Below the pieces are notes generated by a model, which saw only the letters and a program-made list of their open reading frames with translations, had not been told where the DNA came from and did not search any database. Shown piece by piece: positions 30,471 through 40,579 of a stretch of 64,000 bases of DNA; positions within the stretch are counted from its first letter, which is position 1, and the number at the start of each line of letters is the position of its first letter. The DNA is from Nitrospirota bacterium (GTDB taxonomy: Bacteria; Nitrospirota; Nitrospiria; 2-01-FULL-66-17): contig JBMOMC010000001.1 in the NCBI GenBank assembly GCA_049325335.1, positions 564,193-628,192 of the forward strand. Reading direction: 5' to 3'. A program made the translations under genes and the position numbers.

Positions 30471-31112
30471 TTAGGTGGGCACGCGCCAGAGCAACAGTGC
30501 GTGGATGAGATCGGTCTCGGGAATCCGGTACGTGCGCACGGAAAACCCGCTATCCACGTGCTCGGCCTGCTGCTTCGAAGCCCAAATGACGACCGTGCCG
30601 CCCGGGTTGACCAGTGGAAGAGCCAAGTCCTTCGCGGATCGCGGTTCCGCGACTGCCCGCATCACGACCGCGTCAAATCGACCGGCCAGATGCGTTGATC
30701 GGCGTTTTGGGCCCACCGTTTCCTCGACGACGGTGACGTCTTGCAGCTTGAGCAGGGCACAGACCGTGGTTAAAAACGCGGCGCGCTTCTGCCTTGGCTC
30801 GATTAACGTCATGTGCAGGTCAGGCCGCGCAATTTTCATGGGCAGACCGGGAAATCCAGCTCCTGATCCCAAGTCCGCGATGTGAGCGCCACGTGGTAAG
30901 GCGTTCAGAACCAGCAGGCCAGCCAGAGAATCCACCACGTGCCGCGTGACAAGCTCATCGAGCGTTTCCGCCGCCGTGAGATTGATCCGCTGGTTCCATT
31001 TCTGCAGCTCGGCAAGAAATCGCTCGAACAGCAGTAATTGGTCTCGGGAAATAACCACGCCAAACGCAGCGGCACCGCGCTCAAGGAGTTGAAGCGGGGA
31101 GGCGGCGGACAC
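30471..31112 (-). CDS. rsmG: 16S rRNA m7G527 methyltransferase RsmG (GidB)
   Basis: WNQRINLT, HVVDSL, DLGSGAGFPG and MRAV motifs. Confidence 0.94.
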   Translation of the reverse strand: MSAASPLQLLERGAAAFGVVISRDQLLLFERFLAELQKWNQRINLTAAETLDELVTRHVVDSLAGLLVLNALPRGAHIADLGSGAGFPGLPMKIARPDLHMTLIEPRQKRAAFLTTVCALLKLQDVTVVEETVGPKRRSTHLAGRFDAVVMRAVAEPRSAKDLALPLVNPGGTVVIWASKQQAEHVDSGFSVRTYRIPETDLIHALLLWRVPT

Positions 31113-31121
31113 GTGCGGGAG

Positions 31122-33002
31122 TTAGACGCCGGCGAGTGCCGTCGCTGATCCACCGCGCCGGTCGCGCTCGAGCGCGACCAACAACAACGACACGGCCGCA
31201 GGCGTGACGCCGGAAATACGGGAGGCCTGGCCCAATGAACGCGGAGACACGGCCGAAAGCTTTTCCACCACTTCGCGCGACAGGCCGTTGACGCGGTCAA
31301 AGGCAAAACCGATAGGAATTTTTCGGTCTTCAAGCTGTTTGAAGCGCTCGACCTGTTGCTCCTGGCGTTTCAGATACCCCTCGTACTTGATCTCCAGTTC
31401 CACCTGCTCGATCAATTCGGGGTCAACAGCTTTCAGCTCAGGCCAGATCGCGGCCAAGTCCGTCAACGCGACCTCCGGACGCCTGATCAACTGCGCGGCC
31501 GATGTTTCGGGCGTGAGCCACTTCCAGGTTTCTGGGAGTGACGTGCTGCGAACCCGTAATCGCGACAGTCGTCCGATCTGTTCTTGAATCGCGTCACGCC
31601 GCACATGAAACCGTTGATGCGTTTGGCCGTCGATCAAGCCGATCCGTGCGCCCAGATCCATCAACCGCGCGTCCGCGTTGTCGTGTCGTAGCAACAATCG
31701 ATACTCGGCGCGCGACGTGAACATGCGATAGGGCTCGTTCGTACCCTTGGTGACCAGATCGTCAATCAGCACCCCGATATAGGCCTGTGACCGCTCCAGG
31801 ACCATGGGTTCTCGCTGTTGGATGGCCAGCGCGGCATTGATCCCGGCCATAATACCCTGTGCCGCGGCCTCTTCATATCCAGAGGTGCCGTTGATCTGGC
31901 CCGCATGGTACAAGCCGGGAACCGCTTTGGTTTCCAGGGTGTGCCAGAGTTGCGTGGGCGGGACATAGTCGTATTCGATTGCGTACCCAGGCTTAATGAA
32001 CTCCACGCGCTCCAGCCCTGGAATCGTCCGGACGAATCGGTGCTGGACATCAACAGGCAAGCTGGTGGAAATGCCATTGGGGTAATAAATCGGCGTGTCC
32101 AGACCATCAGGTTCCAGAAAGACCTGGTGACGTTCTTTATCGCTGAACCGGTGGATCTTGTCCTCGATTGACGGACAATAGCGCGGGCCAGTGCCTTGAA
32201 TCACGCCGGTAAACAAGGGCGAGCGGTCCAGATTATCCGCAATCACCGCGTGCGTCTCCGCGCTGGTGTACGTCAAAAAGCACGGAACTTGTGACTGAGT
32301 AATCCGCTCAGTCCGATACGAAAACGGCCGAGGCGGATTGTCGCCATGTTGCGGCGTGGTGACGGAGAAATCGATCGTGCGGCCATCTAAGCGCGGCGGA
32401 GTCCCGGTCTTGAGGCGTCCCAAGGTGAAACCTAACGCTTCAAGACTAACGGACAACCCTTCCGCCGCAGGCTCGCCCGCGCGACCGGCCGAAAAATTCG
32501 TCAGCCCAACGTGAATCAGTCCGCGCAAGAACGTTCCAGTGGTCACGATCACGGCCTTAGCGCGATACAGGGTCCCGTCCGCCGTGACGACTCCATTAAC
32601 CCCCGCATCACCAGCTACAAGGCGCACAACCTGTTCTGGAACAATCGTCAGGTTGGGTTCGGCCTCCAAGGTAGCCTGCATAGACAGCCGATACCGCACC
32701 CGATCCGCCTGCGCCCGCAACGCGCGTACTGCTGGCCCTTTGCTGGTGTTAAGCATCCGAAACTGGATGCCGGTCCCATCAATCGTTCGCGCCATCTGCC
32801 CACCCAGCGCATCAATTTCCCGCACCAAATGCCCCTTGGCAATCCCGCCGATTGCTGGATTACACGACATCTGGGCGATGTTCTCGTAGTTCATCGAGAA
32901 CAACAGGGTGTGGCACCCCATACGCGCAGCAGCCAGAGCCGCCTCACAGCCAGCATGGCCGGCACCGATGACGATAACGTTAGAAGAAGGGCCAAGTTTC
33001 AT
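31122..33002 (-). CDS. mnmG: tRNA uridine-5-carboxymethylaminomethyl modification enzyme MnmG (GidA)
   Basis: [30 protein letters not shown] and [14 protein letters not shown] motifs. Confidence 0.98.
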   Translation of the reverse strand: MKLGPSSNVIVIGAGHAGCEAALAAARMGCHTLLFSMNYENIAQMSCNPAIGGIAKGHLVREIDALGGQMARTIDGTGIQFRMLNTSKGPAVRALRAQADRVRYRLSMQATLEAEPNLTIVPEQVVRLVAGDAGVNGVVTADGTLYRAKAVIVTTGTFLRGLIHVGLTNFSAGRAGEPAAEGLSVSLEALGFTLGRLKTGTPPRLDGRTIDFSVTTPQHGDNPPRPFSYRTERITQSQVPCFLTYTSAETHAVIADNLDRSPLFTGVIQGTGPRYCPSIEDKIHRFSDKERHQVFLEPDGLDTPIYYPNGISTSLPVDVQHRFVRTIPGLERVEFIKPGYAIEYDYVPPTQLWHTLETKAVPGLYHAGQINGTSGYEEAAAQGIMAGINAALAIQQREPMVLERSQAYIGVLIDDLVTKGTNEPYRMFTSRAEYRLLLRHDNADARLMDLGARIGLIDGQTHQRFHVRRDAIQEQIGRLSRLRVRSTSLPETWKWLTPETSAAQLIRRPEVALTDLAAIWPELKAVDPELIEQVELEIKYEGYLKRQEQQVERFKQLEDRKIPIGFAFDRVNGLSREVVEKLSAVSPRSLGQASRISGVTPAAVSLLLVALERDRRGGSATALAGV

Positions 33003-33059
33003 ATTGGTGTCACGAGACGCCCTCAGCCTGCGATATGAACACGGTGCGCCAGTGCCTCA

Positions 33060-33075
33060 TGTTCCACGTGGAACA
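33060..33075. promoter_or_regulatory. parS: parS site
   Basis: Second identical TGTTCCACGTGGAACA, upstream of mnmG. Confidence 0.92.
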
Positions 33076-33335
33076 TTCGTTTCCATTCCTCATGCATACC
33101 ATCCATCGTTTGATAACGGTACCGTCGAGCGGAGAACTGTACCAGAAATGAGAGTATGAAACCAATCAACCGTCATTTTCGTAGAATTGTATTTCCTGCC
33201 TGTTGCATTCCTTACCCGTGGCTGAGTATACTGGTACCATATTCTCTTAACCTAAGACGAATGCGTCGGCCATCAACCGGATGGTCTGGGGGAACTCACC
33301 GGGTCCTCTCAACTAAGCCATGTAAGGAGTCTCCG

Positions 33336-34277
33336 ATGTTCTGTTCCTCCCATCGAATACTGTTCGCTGTTCTCTTGGCCTTTAGCGTGGCCGTGGGCAT
33401 TGCTCCAACCGCGCAGGCCGTGTCGTATACCTTCACGACGCTTGATTACACGCCAACTGGAATCAACGACGCGGGAGATATTGTAGGCAATGGGCCGGGA
33501 GGTGGGCTTTTCTATAGTGGCGGAGGATTTACCAATATTAGTGCCTTTAGGCCATATGGGATCAATAATCACGGTGACGTCGTGGGCACCAATTCCAGCT
33601 TCCAGGGCGCTCTATTGAGCGGAGGGACCATCACCACTCTGCAGATCCCATACGACGAATTCTTTGGAACGCCCCTCACGATGTTCGAGGATATTAATGA
33701 TTCGGGCCAAATCGTGGGCAACGCTGGCGCCAGTGGCGGCTTTCGGTCATTCATCTATTCCGGAAGCGACTACACCTTCCTTGCTAGTCCATTTGGCGGT
33801 CCGTTCTACAATTCAGAGACCTTCGCGACTGGGATTAACAACCACGGAGATATTGTAGGTACGGAATCCTACCGCAGTGGAAGCGAGGAACGTGGCGTGC
33901 TGGTCAGCGGCGGTATCACAACTTCCATACGATTCCCCGATGCATACATCACCCGGGTCGAAGGCGTTAACGATGCCGGGCAGGTCGTGGGACTGACCGG
34001 GGGTTATAATATTGTCGACGGGCTACCCGGTAGCTGGTGGACTCACGGATTCGTGTGGAGCGAGGGGATTTTCTCAACCGTGGATGTTCCTGGCGCGATC
34101 TCTACCCACATCCTTGATCTGAACAACAGCGGACAGTTGGTTGGAACCTACCAAGACGCCTCCGGTATGCATGGCTTCATTGCAACTCCTGTCCAAGTCC
34201 CGGAACCGAGTGGGTTGCTTCTATTGAGCTCTGGAATCGTAGGACTGATCGCCCTGAGAAATCGGTGCTTAGTATAG
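33336..34277 (+). CDS. Secreted PEP-CTERM protein with HAF-like (GIN-D/N-x-G-x-x-VG) repeats
   Basis: Signal peptide ending AQA; repeated GIN(D/N)xGxxVG; C-terminal VPEPSGLLLLSSGIVGLIALRNR; AAGGAG RBS. Confidence 0.88.
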   Translation: MFCSSHRILFAVLLAFSVAVGIAPTAQAVSYTFTTLDYTPTGINDAGDIVGNGPGGGLFYSGGGFTNISAFRPYGINNHGDVVGTNSSFQGALLSGGTITTLQIPYDEFFGTPLTMFEDINDSGQIVGNAGASGGFRSFIYSGSDYTFLASPFGGPFYNSETFATGINNHGDIVGTESYRSGSEERGVLVSGGITTSIRFPDAYITRVEGVNDAGQVVGLTGGYNIVDGLPGSWWTHGFVWSEGIFSTVDVPGAISTHILDLNNSGQLVGTYQDASGMHGFIATPVQVPEPSGLLLLSSGIVGLIALRNRCLV

Positions 34278-34305
34278 CCCGGGAACTACTGGAGGCACAC
34301 GGGCA

Positions 34306-34644
34306 CTACCAAGAGATCCACTCCGCAGACAGACTTTTGAATATCAACCGTGTCTCGACTCTTGTTTTGTGGCTGGCGGCCCTTACGGTTCGTGACTCTC
34401 CTCGCGTCGCGCGCCAGCATATTGCGCAAGGCCGTCTAACCGCTGACCTTTGACGATTTACGCCGGCACCTTCCTCTGCCGTTTGAGAACTTTTGAGAGC
34501 TCCAAACAGGGTGCTGTTGACGGATTCAGCGTCTGGGAACACGCGCGCGACCTCGGGGTCGAGGACCACGATATTCATCCCCTGTGCGAATCGCTTCGCG
34601 TATTTTCCTCTGATACCTCCGGAGGAATCGTATTCTCGCCGCAT
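34306..34644 (-). CDS. BrnA-like antitoxin (C-terminus possibly degenerate)
   Basis: REYDSSGGIRGKYAKRF...VVLDPEVARVFPDAESVNSTL pattern, downstream of a BrnT-like gene. Confidence 0.6.
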   Translation of the reverse strand: MRREYDSSGGIRGKYAKRFAQGMNIVVLDPEVARVFPDAESVNSTLFGALKSSQTAEEGAGVNRQRSAVRRPCAICWRATRGESRTVRAASHKTRVETRLIFKSLSAEWISW

Positions 34645-34669
34645 ATCAGGGCTGGTGGTTTTAGTTCTT

Positions 34670-34943
34670 GGTCTCTTCTATGCATCCTTTCACGGCGAGT
34701 CGCGACCCGTGCGCTGATAATCCGGATCCGCTGGCCTCGTTCCGTATACACCACGACCAAGGCTCGGCCCTGGCTCGATTGTCCGACGATTATACACCGG
34801 CCTTCTTCTCCGGAGTGTGCAGAATCTTCAATCGTCACCGACAACTTATCCCCGAATACCAAGACGGCTTCCTCGAACGTCGCCCGGTGCTTCTTAAGAT
34901 TCGATCTGTCTTTCCCGGTGTCCTATTCGAATATAAAATCCAC
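34670..34943 (-). pseudogene. BrnT-family toxin pseudogene
   Basis: GTG start gives MDFIFE*D, with TAG at 34923-34925 replacing the conserved Trp, then NLKKH...FEEA...RIRIISARVATRRER; 3' end approximate. Confidence 0.8.
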
Positions 34944-34975
34944 TGAGCCCCCCCCACAAGGTGGCGGCACCCTTT

Positions 34976-36370
34976 TTACTTCCCGATGCAGAACTTTGAA
35001 AAGATCTCTTTCAGTAAATCATCCGTCGTTACGGTACCCAAAATCTCTCCAAGTGCGTCGACGCCGCCGCGCAAATCGAGTGCGATGCACTCGTGCGGAC
35101 CACGTTCTGCCAACGTTTCTTGGAGATGCACGAGTGAGACCTCTGCGCGCCTGAGCGCTTCGACGTGGCGAAGCCTTGTCACGAACGTACCTTCCTTAGC
35201 CACGACACCTCCACCAAGTCGCGTCACGATCTCGCTGGTCAGCGCATCGAGTCCTTCGCGCGTGAGCGTTGAGACACGCTGAATCATTGCGCCGCCAAAT
35301 GCGCGACTGATTGTCTCGGCATTCACTCGCTGCGCAAGGTCCGCCTTGTTCGCCACCGCAATGACCGAGGGACGCTTGAGCTCGGCCAACAACACTCGAT
35401 CCTCGTCCGTCAGCGGTTCCGATCCATCGAACACCGCGAGGATGAGATCCGCGCTTTCGACCGCGTCCTTGGTACGTCGAATGCCTTCGACTTCCACGGG
35501 ATCGTTTGTCTGTCGCACACCCGCCGTATCAGAGAGCCGCACCGAGATCCCGCCAAGGTTTGCGACTTCTTCGATCGTGTCCCGCGTCGTGCCAGGAATC
35601 GGGGTGACGATCGCGCGGTTTTCGCGCAACAGCACATTGAGCAGGCTGGACTTGCCCACATTGGGCCGACCCGCGATCACGACCGATGCGCCCTCGCGCA
35701 CGATGCGGCCACGATCCGCGGTAGCGAGCAATCGCCGAATCTCGCGCAGGGCTTCTTCGACCGATGCGGCTAGCATTTCGCGAGACAGGAACTCCAGGCC
35801 CTCTTCGGAAAAGTCGATACTGGCCTCGATCTCCACCAGCAATCCGATCAGTCGCTCCTGCAGTGTCTTGATCTCGATCGACAGGCCGCCGCGCAGTTGC
35901 GCCACGGCCGCGCGTGCTCCCGCATCGCTTTGCGCGCGGATCAGATCCATCACGGCTTCGGCTTGCGCAAGGTCGATCCGGCCGTTGAGGAACGCGCGTC
36001 GCGTGAACTCGCCGGGCTGGGCGAGCCGAACGTCGGGCGCGAGCAGCAGGCTCATGATCCGCTTTAACACGTGGGGGCCGCCGTGGCAGGAGATCTCCAC
36101 CACGTCCTCGCGCGTGTAGCTCTTGGGCGCGCGCATGACCGTCACCAACACTTCGTCAATAATCCCATTTAGGGATTCATCGATCGCGTGGCCGAACGCC
36201 ATGTAGCGGTCTTCGAGCGATTTGAGCGGTTGTTTCGATTGCAGTCGCAGCACGCGATCCGCGGCGGCGACGGCGCTTGGACCCGAGAGGCGGATCACGC
36301 CGATCGCGGCTTCGCCCGGCGCGGTCGCGATCGCGCAGATGGTGTCAGACGGGAATACGCGCTCCGGCAT
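34976..36370 (-). CDS. mnmE: tRNA modification GTPase MnmE (TrmE)
   Basis: GRPNVGKSS, GTTRD, DTAG, NKAD and C-terminal FCIGK motifs. Confidence 0.97.
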   Translation of the reverse strand: MPERVFPSDTICAIATAPGEAAIGVIRLSGPSAVAAADRVLRLQSKQPLKSLEDRYMAFGHAIDESLNGIIDEVLVTVMRAPKSYTREDVVEISCHGGPHVLKRIMSLLLAPDVRLAQPGEFTRRAFLNGRIDLAQAEAVMDLIRAQSDAGARAAVAQLRGGLSIEIKTLQERLIGLLVEIEASIDFSEEGLEFLSREMLAASVEEALREIRRLLATADRGRIVREGASVVIAGRPNVGKSSLLNVLLRENRAIVTPIPGTTRDTIEEVANLGGISVRLSDTAGVRQTNDPVEVEGIRRTKDAVESADLILAVFDGSEPLTDEDRVLLAELKRPSVIAVANKADLAQRVNAETISRAFGGAMIQRVSTLTREGLDALTSEIVTRLGGGVVAKEGTFVTRLRHVEALRRAEVSLVHLQETLAERGPHECIALDLRGGVDALGEILGTVTTDDLLKEIFSKFCIGK

Positions 36371-36382
36371 CGGAACCCTCGC

Positions 36383-38035
36383 TCACGCGGACAGGCCTTT
36401 CGGAATCACGAGGGGTTGCGGCTTATAGTACCGCAGCGTCACGTATTGTTGCACGATGGTCAACGAGTTGTTGGCGATCCAGTACAGCACCAATCCAGCC
36501 GGAAACGCGAGGAAGAAAAACGTAAAAATGACCGGGAGGAACAACATGATCTTGGCCTGGGTGGGGTCCATGGTGGTGGGCTGCATTTTCTGTTGCACGA
36601 ACATCGTGATGCCCATCACGATCGGCAGCACGTAGTAGGGGTCTTTGTCCGACAGGTCGGTGATCCACCAGAAGAACGGCGCCTGCCGCAATTCGATCGT
36701 GGTGTACAGGATGTTGAACAACGCGATAAAAAACGGGATCTGCACCACCATGGGCAAACACCCGCCGAGCGGATTGACCTTATTGCCCTTGTAGAGCGCC
36801 ATCAACTCCTGGTTGAGCCGCATCTTATCGTGTTTATACTTTTTCTGAAGCGCCTGGGTCTGCGGGTGCAGCGCGGCCATGGCTTTCATCGACACAAAAC
36901 TCTTGTGCGAGAGCGGCGCGAACACGAGTTTGATCAACGTGGTCAATATGATGATCGCGATCCCGAAGTTTCCGGTAAACCCGTGCAGGAATTGCAACAA
37001 CAAGAACAACGGCTCCGCGATCAATCGCACCAACGCCCAACTGCCGTAGATAAACCAGCCGAAGTCGATGGTTTCCTGCAACCCGATCTGCAGCGCCGCC
37101 AACCGGTCGTACTCCTTGGGCCCGGCGTATAAGCGCGCGGACAGGGCTTTGCCGTCCGCAGCCTCGGTTTCGCGAAGACCAATCGTCACGCGGTTCTCGC
37201 CGAAACGCTCCGCGACCGTGGTGCTGCTCGGCGCGCTCGGAATCAACGTGGTCACGAAGTACTTGTCCTGGAGCGCGGTCCATGTCACGCGCCCGGCATG
37301 TACGGCGGGCTGCTCGAGGGTGGATGGTTTGTCTTGCACCACCTTCCCGTCGATCAGGCTGGTGGGGCCGATGTAGCCGACAAACGACATGTCGCCCCAT
37401 TGCTGGATCCCGAAGTTTTCGCCCAACACCACGCGATAGGACCCGGACACGCCCCACGTGGAGACGTCGACGTCTACCAGATAGTTGTCGTGGTGAAACG
37501 TGAGCCGTTTTACCACGGTTTCACCCCGTGGTCCCCGCGTTTCGAATTTCAGCGTACCGGTCGGACGATTCGCGCCCAGACGCAGGTCGCCTCCGTCCAC
37601 CGAGTACAACCCGTTCTGGATGGCCGCCCGCGCGGCCTCGTCGCCGGTCTCCAGCACCACGGCCAGCGGCGACAGGCCGCCCGCGGCCGGCGCCGTATAG
37701 AGGTCGATGGGCGTATCCTTGGCCGGGCCGCCCTTGTACCCAGCCAACCGCCACGAGGTAATCACCGCTCCGCGCGTGGACAACGTGGCGCGATACACAT
37801 CGGTCTCGACCACGATGGTCCGCTCATCAGCGGACGCCGCCTGATCCGGGGCACCGGGCGCCGGTGCCGTGACCGCTGCGGCCGTCAGCGGCGCGGTCGT
37901 TCCCGTGGTCTGGGCCGGCGGTGTGGTCGGGCTTTGAACGTCGGACTTCGGAGGCGGCGCGGGAGGGAACAGGACCGAGTACCCGATGATGATCGAGATC
38001 GACAGGACTAAAAACAGGATTGCGTTACGTTCCAT
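36383..38035 (-). CDS. yidC: Membrane protein insertase YidC
   Basis: LYAGPK, NPLGGCLP and PAGLVLYW motifs. Confidence 0.96.
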   Translation of the reverse strand: MERNAILFLVLSISIIIGYSVLFPPAPPPKSDVQSPTTPPAQTTGTTAPLTAAAVTAPAPGAPDQAASADERTIVVETDVYRATLSTRGAVITSWRLAGYKGGPAKDTPIDLYTAPAAGGLSPLAVVLETGDEAARAAIQNGLYSVDGGDLRLGANRPTGTLKFETRGPRGETVVKRLTFHHDNYLVDVDVSTWGVSGSYRVVLGENFGIQQWGDMSFVGYIGPTSLIDGKVVQDKPSTLEQPAVHAGRVTWTALQDKYFVTTLIPSAPSSTTVAERFGENRVTIGLRETEAADGKALSARLYAGPKEYDRLAALQIGLQETIDFGWFIYGSWALVRLIAEPLFLLLQFLHGFTGNFGIAIIILTTLIKLVFAPLSHKSFVSMKAMAALHPQTQALQKKYKHDKMRLNQELMALYKGNKVNPLGGCLPMVVQIPFFIALFNILYTTIELRQAPFFWWITDLSDKDPYYVLPIVMGITMFVQQKMQPTTMDPTQAKIMLFLPVIFTFFFLAFPAGLVLYWIANNSLTIVQQYVTLRYYKPQPLVIPKGLSA

Positions 38036-38091
38036 CGCGTCGGCACACGTCTCGTGTTAGAGGGATTGGGACACCGCGCGTTTCACAACGG

Positions 38092-38364
38092 TCACGGAAC
38101 CGGATCATACCCGCCGGCGCACAGCGGGTGACACCGAAGCAGGCGTCGAATCGTGAGCCATGCGCCTTTGGCCGCTCCGTATTGTTCCAACGCGTCCACC
38201 GCGTAGGCCGAACACGTCGGCAGAAACCGGCACCGGGGCGCCAACCACGGGGACATGAAACGGCGGTAGCCCCGCACGAGCCCCAGACACGCGCGGCACA
38301 ACACTCCGCACTCGTGACGCGCATTGGCTGCCGGCGAGACACCTACGAACACGTCTTGGTCCAT
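38092..38364 (-). CDS. yidD: Membrane protein insertion efficiency factor YidD
   Basis: [11 protein letters not shown]...LLRCHP..GGYDPVP; start uncertain. Confidence 0.9.
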   Translation of the reverse strand: MDQDVFVGVSPAANARHECGVLCRACLGLVRGYRRFMSPWLAPRCRFLPTCSAYAVDALEQYGAAKGAWLTIRRLLRCHPLCAGGYDPVP

Positions 38365-38678
38365 TCTCCAAACAACACGGCGATCCGTTCGTGTAACACG
38401 GTGAACGACCAGGCCTGAACAGCGGGGCGGGGGAGCAACAGCCAATCCCATCCTGCCGGAACACACTCGGGATGGGTCCGCAGAACCTCGCGCAGCCGGC
38501 GTTTGACGCGGTTTCGTTGCACCGCGCCGCCGAATTTTCGCCCCACCACCACGCCGGCGCGGCGAGTCTCCGGCGCATCCGCGCGGCGAAGGCCGACCAC
38601 CGTTAGCGGGCCGCGAGACAGCCGCCTACCGCGCTCGAAGATTCGTCGAATTTCCGGAGAGCGGGAGATTCGAGCCAC
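38343..38678 (-). CDS. rnpA: Ribonuclease P protein component
   Basis: RNR motif [19 protein letters not shown]; lies between rpmH and yidD. Confidence 0.92.
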   Translation of the reverse strand: MARISRSPEIRRIFERGRRLSRGPLTVVGLRRADAPETRRAGVVVGRKFGGAVQRNRVKRRLREVLRTHPECVPAGWDWLLLPRPAVQAWSFTVLHERIAVLFGEWTKTCS

Positions 38679-38692
38679 GCTGACGTCGCCCG

Positions 38693-38833
38693 TCAGACCG
38701 TGGTCAGGCGTTTTCTCCCCTTGGCGCGGCGTCGTTTGAGCACACGACGACCGTCGGTGGTGGACATTCGCTTGCGGAATCCGTGCGTGCGCTTGCGGCG
38801 GAGATTACTCGGTTGCCTGATTGTGACGGACAT
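38693..38833 (-). CDS. rpmH: 50S ribosomal protein L34 (46 aa; not in the ORF track)
   Basis: [55 protein letters not shown]. Confidence 0.96.
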   Translation of the reverse strand: MSVTIRQPSNLRRKRTHGFRKRMSTTDGRRVLKRRRAKGRKRLTTV

Positions 38834-38875
38834 ACGACCACACTCCTCTGCTTGTTATTTCCAAAAAAACGCCCT

Positions 38876-38904
38876 ATTATAGGGAACCCCTCACGGGGTG
38901 TCAA
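38876..38904 (-). promoter_or_regulatory. Consensus sigma70 promoter for the rpmH operon
   Basis: Minus strand perfect TTGACA-N17-TATAAT. Confidence 0.85.
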
Positions 38905-38995
38905 ACGTGACGCATTGTCAAATCTGGGACGATCCCGGCATGAGGAACCCATCGGCGCCACGGACAGTCGCCGTACACTGCGCAAGGACCGGCGC

Positions 38996-39601
38996 ATGAC
39001 CGTCGTGACTTCGGCGACGCAAAGCGATCGCGACACGCTCCTCCGCCTGTTATTCGAACGGGCATTTCGATACAGCGAGGAACCCTCGTTCCGGCTGGCC
39101 TCGGGCGCACTGAGTCGCTACTACCTCAACAGCAAACTGGTGACCCTGGATCCCAAGGGCGCAACCCTGGTCGGGCGTCTGGTGTTTGAACGGCTGCGCG
39201 GGTTGGGAGTGCAGGCTGTGGGCGGCCTCACGTTGGGCGCCGATCCCATCGCATTGGCCGCCGCGATCGCCAGCGAGTCCGCGGGAGAACCGATCGCCGC
39301 GTTCGTGGTTCGCAAAGAACCCAAAGGCCACGGTACGGCCCAGTGGATCGAAGGCCCCCTTGCTCCGGAGGCCGCGGTGGCCGTGGTTGACGACGTGGTG
39401 ACCACCGGAGGGTCCACGGAAAAAGCCCTCGACGTGCTTGGGCGGCTCGGCCATCCCGTGGTCAAAGTGATTGCCTTGGTGGACCGCGACGAGGGCGGGC
39501 GCGCGGCGATCATACAACGAGGCGTACCGTTTGAAAGCCTATTTCACATCAACGATTTCTTGACCCTGCGGAATGCCGACCCTTCACAAGCCGTCTTATA
39601 A
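38996..39601 (+). CDS. pyrE: Orotate phosphoribosyltransferase
   Basis: FRLASGALS, GGLTLGADPI, VRKEPKGHG and VDDVVTTGGS motifs. Confidence 0.93.
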   Translation: MTVVTSATQSDRDTLLRLLFERAFRYSEEPSFRLASGALSRYYLNSKLVTLDPKGATLVGRLVFERLRGLGVQAVGGLTLGADPIALAAAIASESAGEPIAAFVVRKEPKGHGTAQWIEGPLAPEAAVAVVDDVVTTGGSTEKALDVLGRLGHPVVKVIALVDRDEGGRAAIIQRGVPFESLFHINDFLTLRNADPSQAVL

Positions 39602-39760
39602 AGGGTTGGGCCCTTGCGGAGGCCCAGAAGACGGCTTGGGTGCGGGGACACCGGTAAATTGTGTGACGCCGATCCCAAGCCCCAACCGAACAGCCCCGGA
39701 TCGGGTTCCCGCGACGAGTGGTCGCGGGAACCGACCGACTGAATGGAAAGGGAGGATGGC

Positions 39761-40579
39761 GTGAGGCATCGCAGTGTGGGACTGGCAGTCGGATTACTCG
39801 CGGCCTGGATGGTTGCGGCGTCGTGGCCGGCGCACGCAGGAGTCTTGGCCACGGAGATCGCTCAGAAATCCGAAGACGTATTTCCGGGACAAGATCAAAC
39901 CGCCAAGTTGACCTTCACCATCAAAGACTCCACCGGGGGAGAACGCAAATCCGTGCTCCGGCGGTTTTGGAAGAATTACCGCGGGGAAAACGGTCTGGAC
40001 TTCAAGGTCCTCGTGTTCAATGAGTACCCGCCGGATGCCAAGGGCAGCTCGTTCATGCTCTGGGCCTATGACCCGAAAAGCGGGAAGCCGGCTGATCGCT
40101 GGTTGTACATCCCGATTCTCGGCAAGGTGAATAAGTTGGCCAACAATGCCGAGACCGGGGGAATCGCCAGTTCCGACTTGAACCCCAACGACATGGTCTC
40201 TCGTCCCGTGGATCGCGATACCCACAAGCTGCTGGGAGAAGACACTGTCGGAAATCGATCGTATTACATGATCGAAAGCACGCCCATCAAACCAGATCCG
40301 TCCTATAGGTACGGCAAGGTGGTCAAGTGGATCACCAAGGACACCTCGCTGAAAGAACGCGTAGATTACTACGATCTCAACGCCAAGTTACTTAAAACCC
40401 AATACATTACTTGGAAACCGATCAAAGACGCGTGGGTATGGGAAAAGGTGGTCATCAACAACGCCCAGACTGGCACGGAGACCTACCTGAGCATCAACGA
40501 CATTAAGACCGACACCGGTATTCCCGACTCCTTCTTCAGTGACCGCAGCATGAAGAAAGGGATCGACAGCCTGCCATGA
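39761..40579 (+). CDS. Outer-membrane lipoprotein-sorting (LolA-like) periplasmic protein
   Basis: Signal peptide ending AHA; F..PPDAKG.SF, DRWLYIP, SDL...DM and DYYD...LLK pattern; GGAGG RBS before GTG. Confidence 0.7.
   Translation: MRHRSVGLAVGLLAAWMVAASWPAHAGVLATEIAQKSEDVFPGQDQTAKLTFTIKDSTGGERKSVLRRFWKNYRGENGLDFKVLVFNEYPPDAKGSSFMLWAYDPKSGKPADRWLYIPILGKVNKLANNAETGGIASSDLNPNDMVSRPVDRDTHKLLGEDTVGNRSYYMIESTPIKPDPSYRYGKVVKWITKDTSLKERVDYYDLNAKLLKTQYITWKPIKDAWVWEKVVINNAQTGTETYLSINDIKTDTGIPDSFFSDRSMKKGIDSLP

Noticed and set aside
33231..33247. Sigma54-like TGGTAC upstream of the PEP-CTERM gene
   Set aside because: The -12 GC dinucleotide is missing at the required spacing
34923..34925. In-frame TAG in the brnT-like gene as pyrrolysine or stop-codon recoding
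   Set aside because: It replaces a conserved Trp by a single G>A change, the gene also looks degenerate at its 3' end, and TAG ends many intact genes in this window
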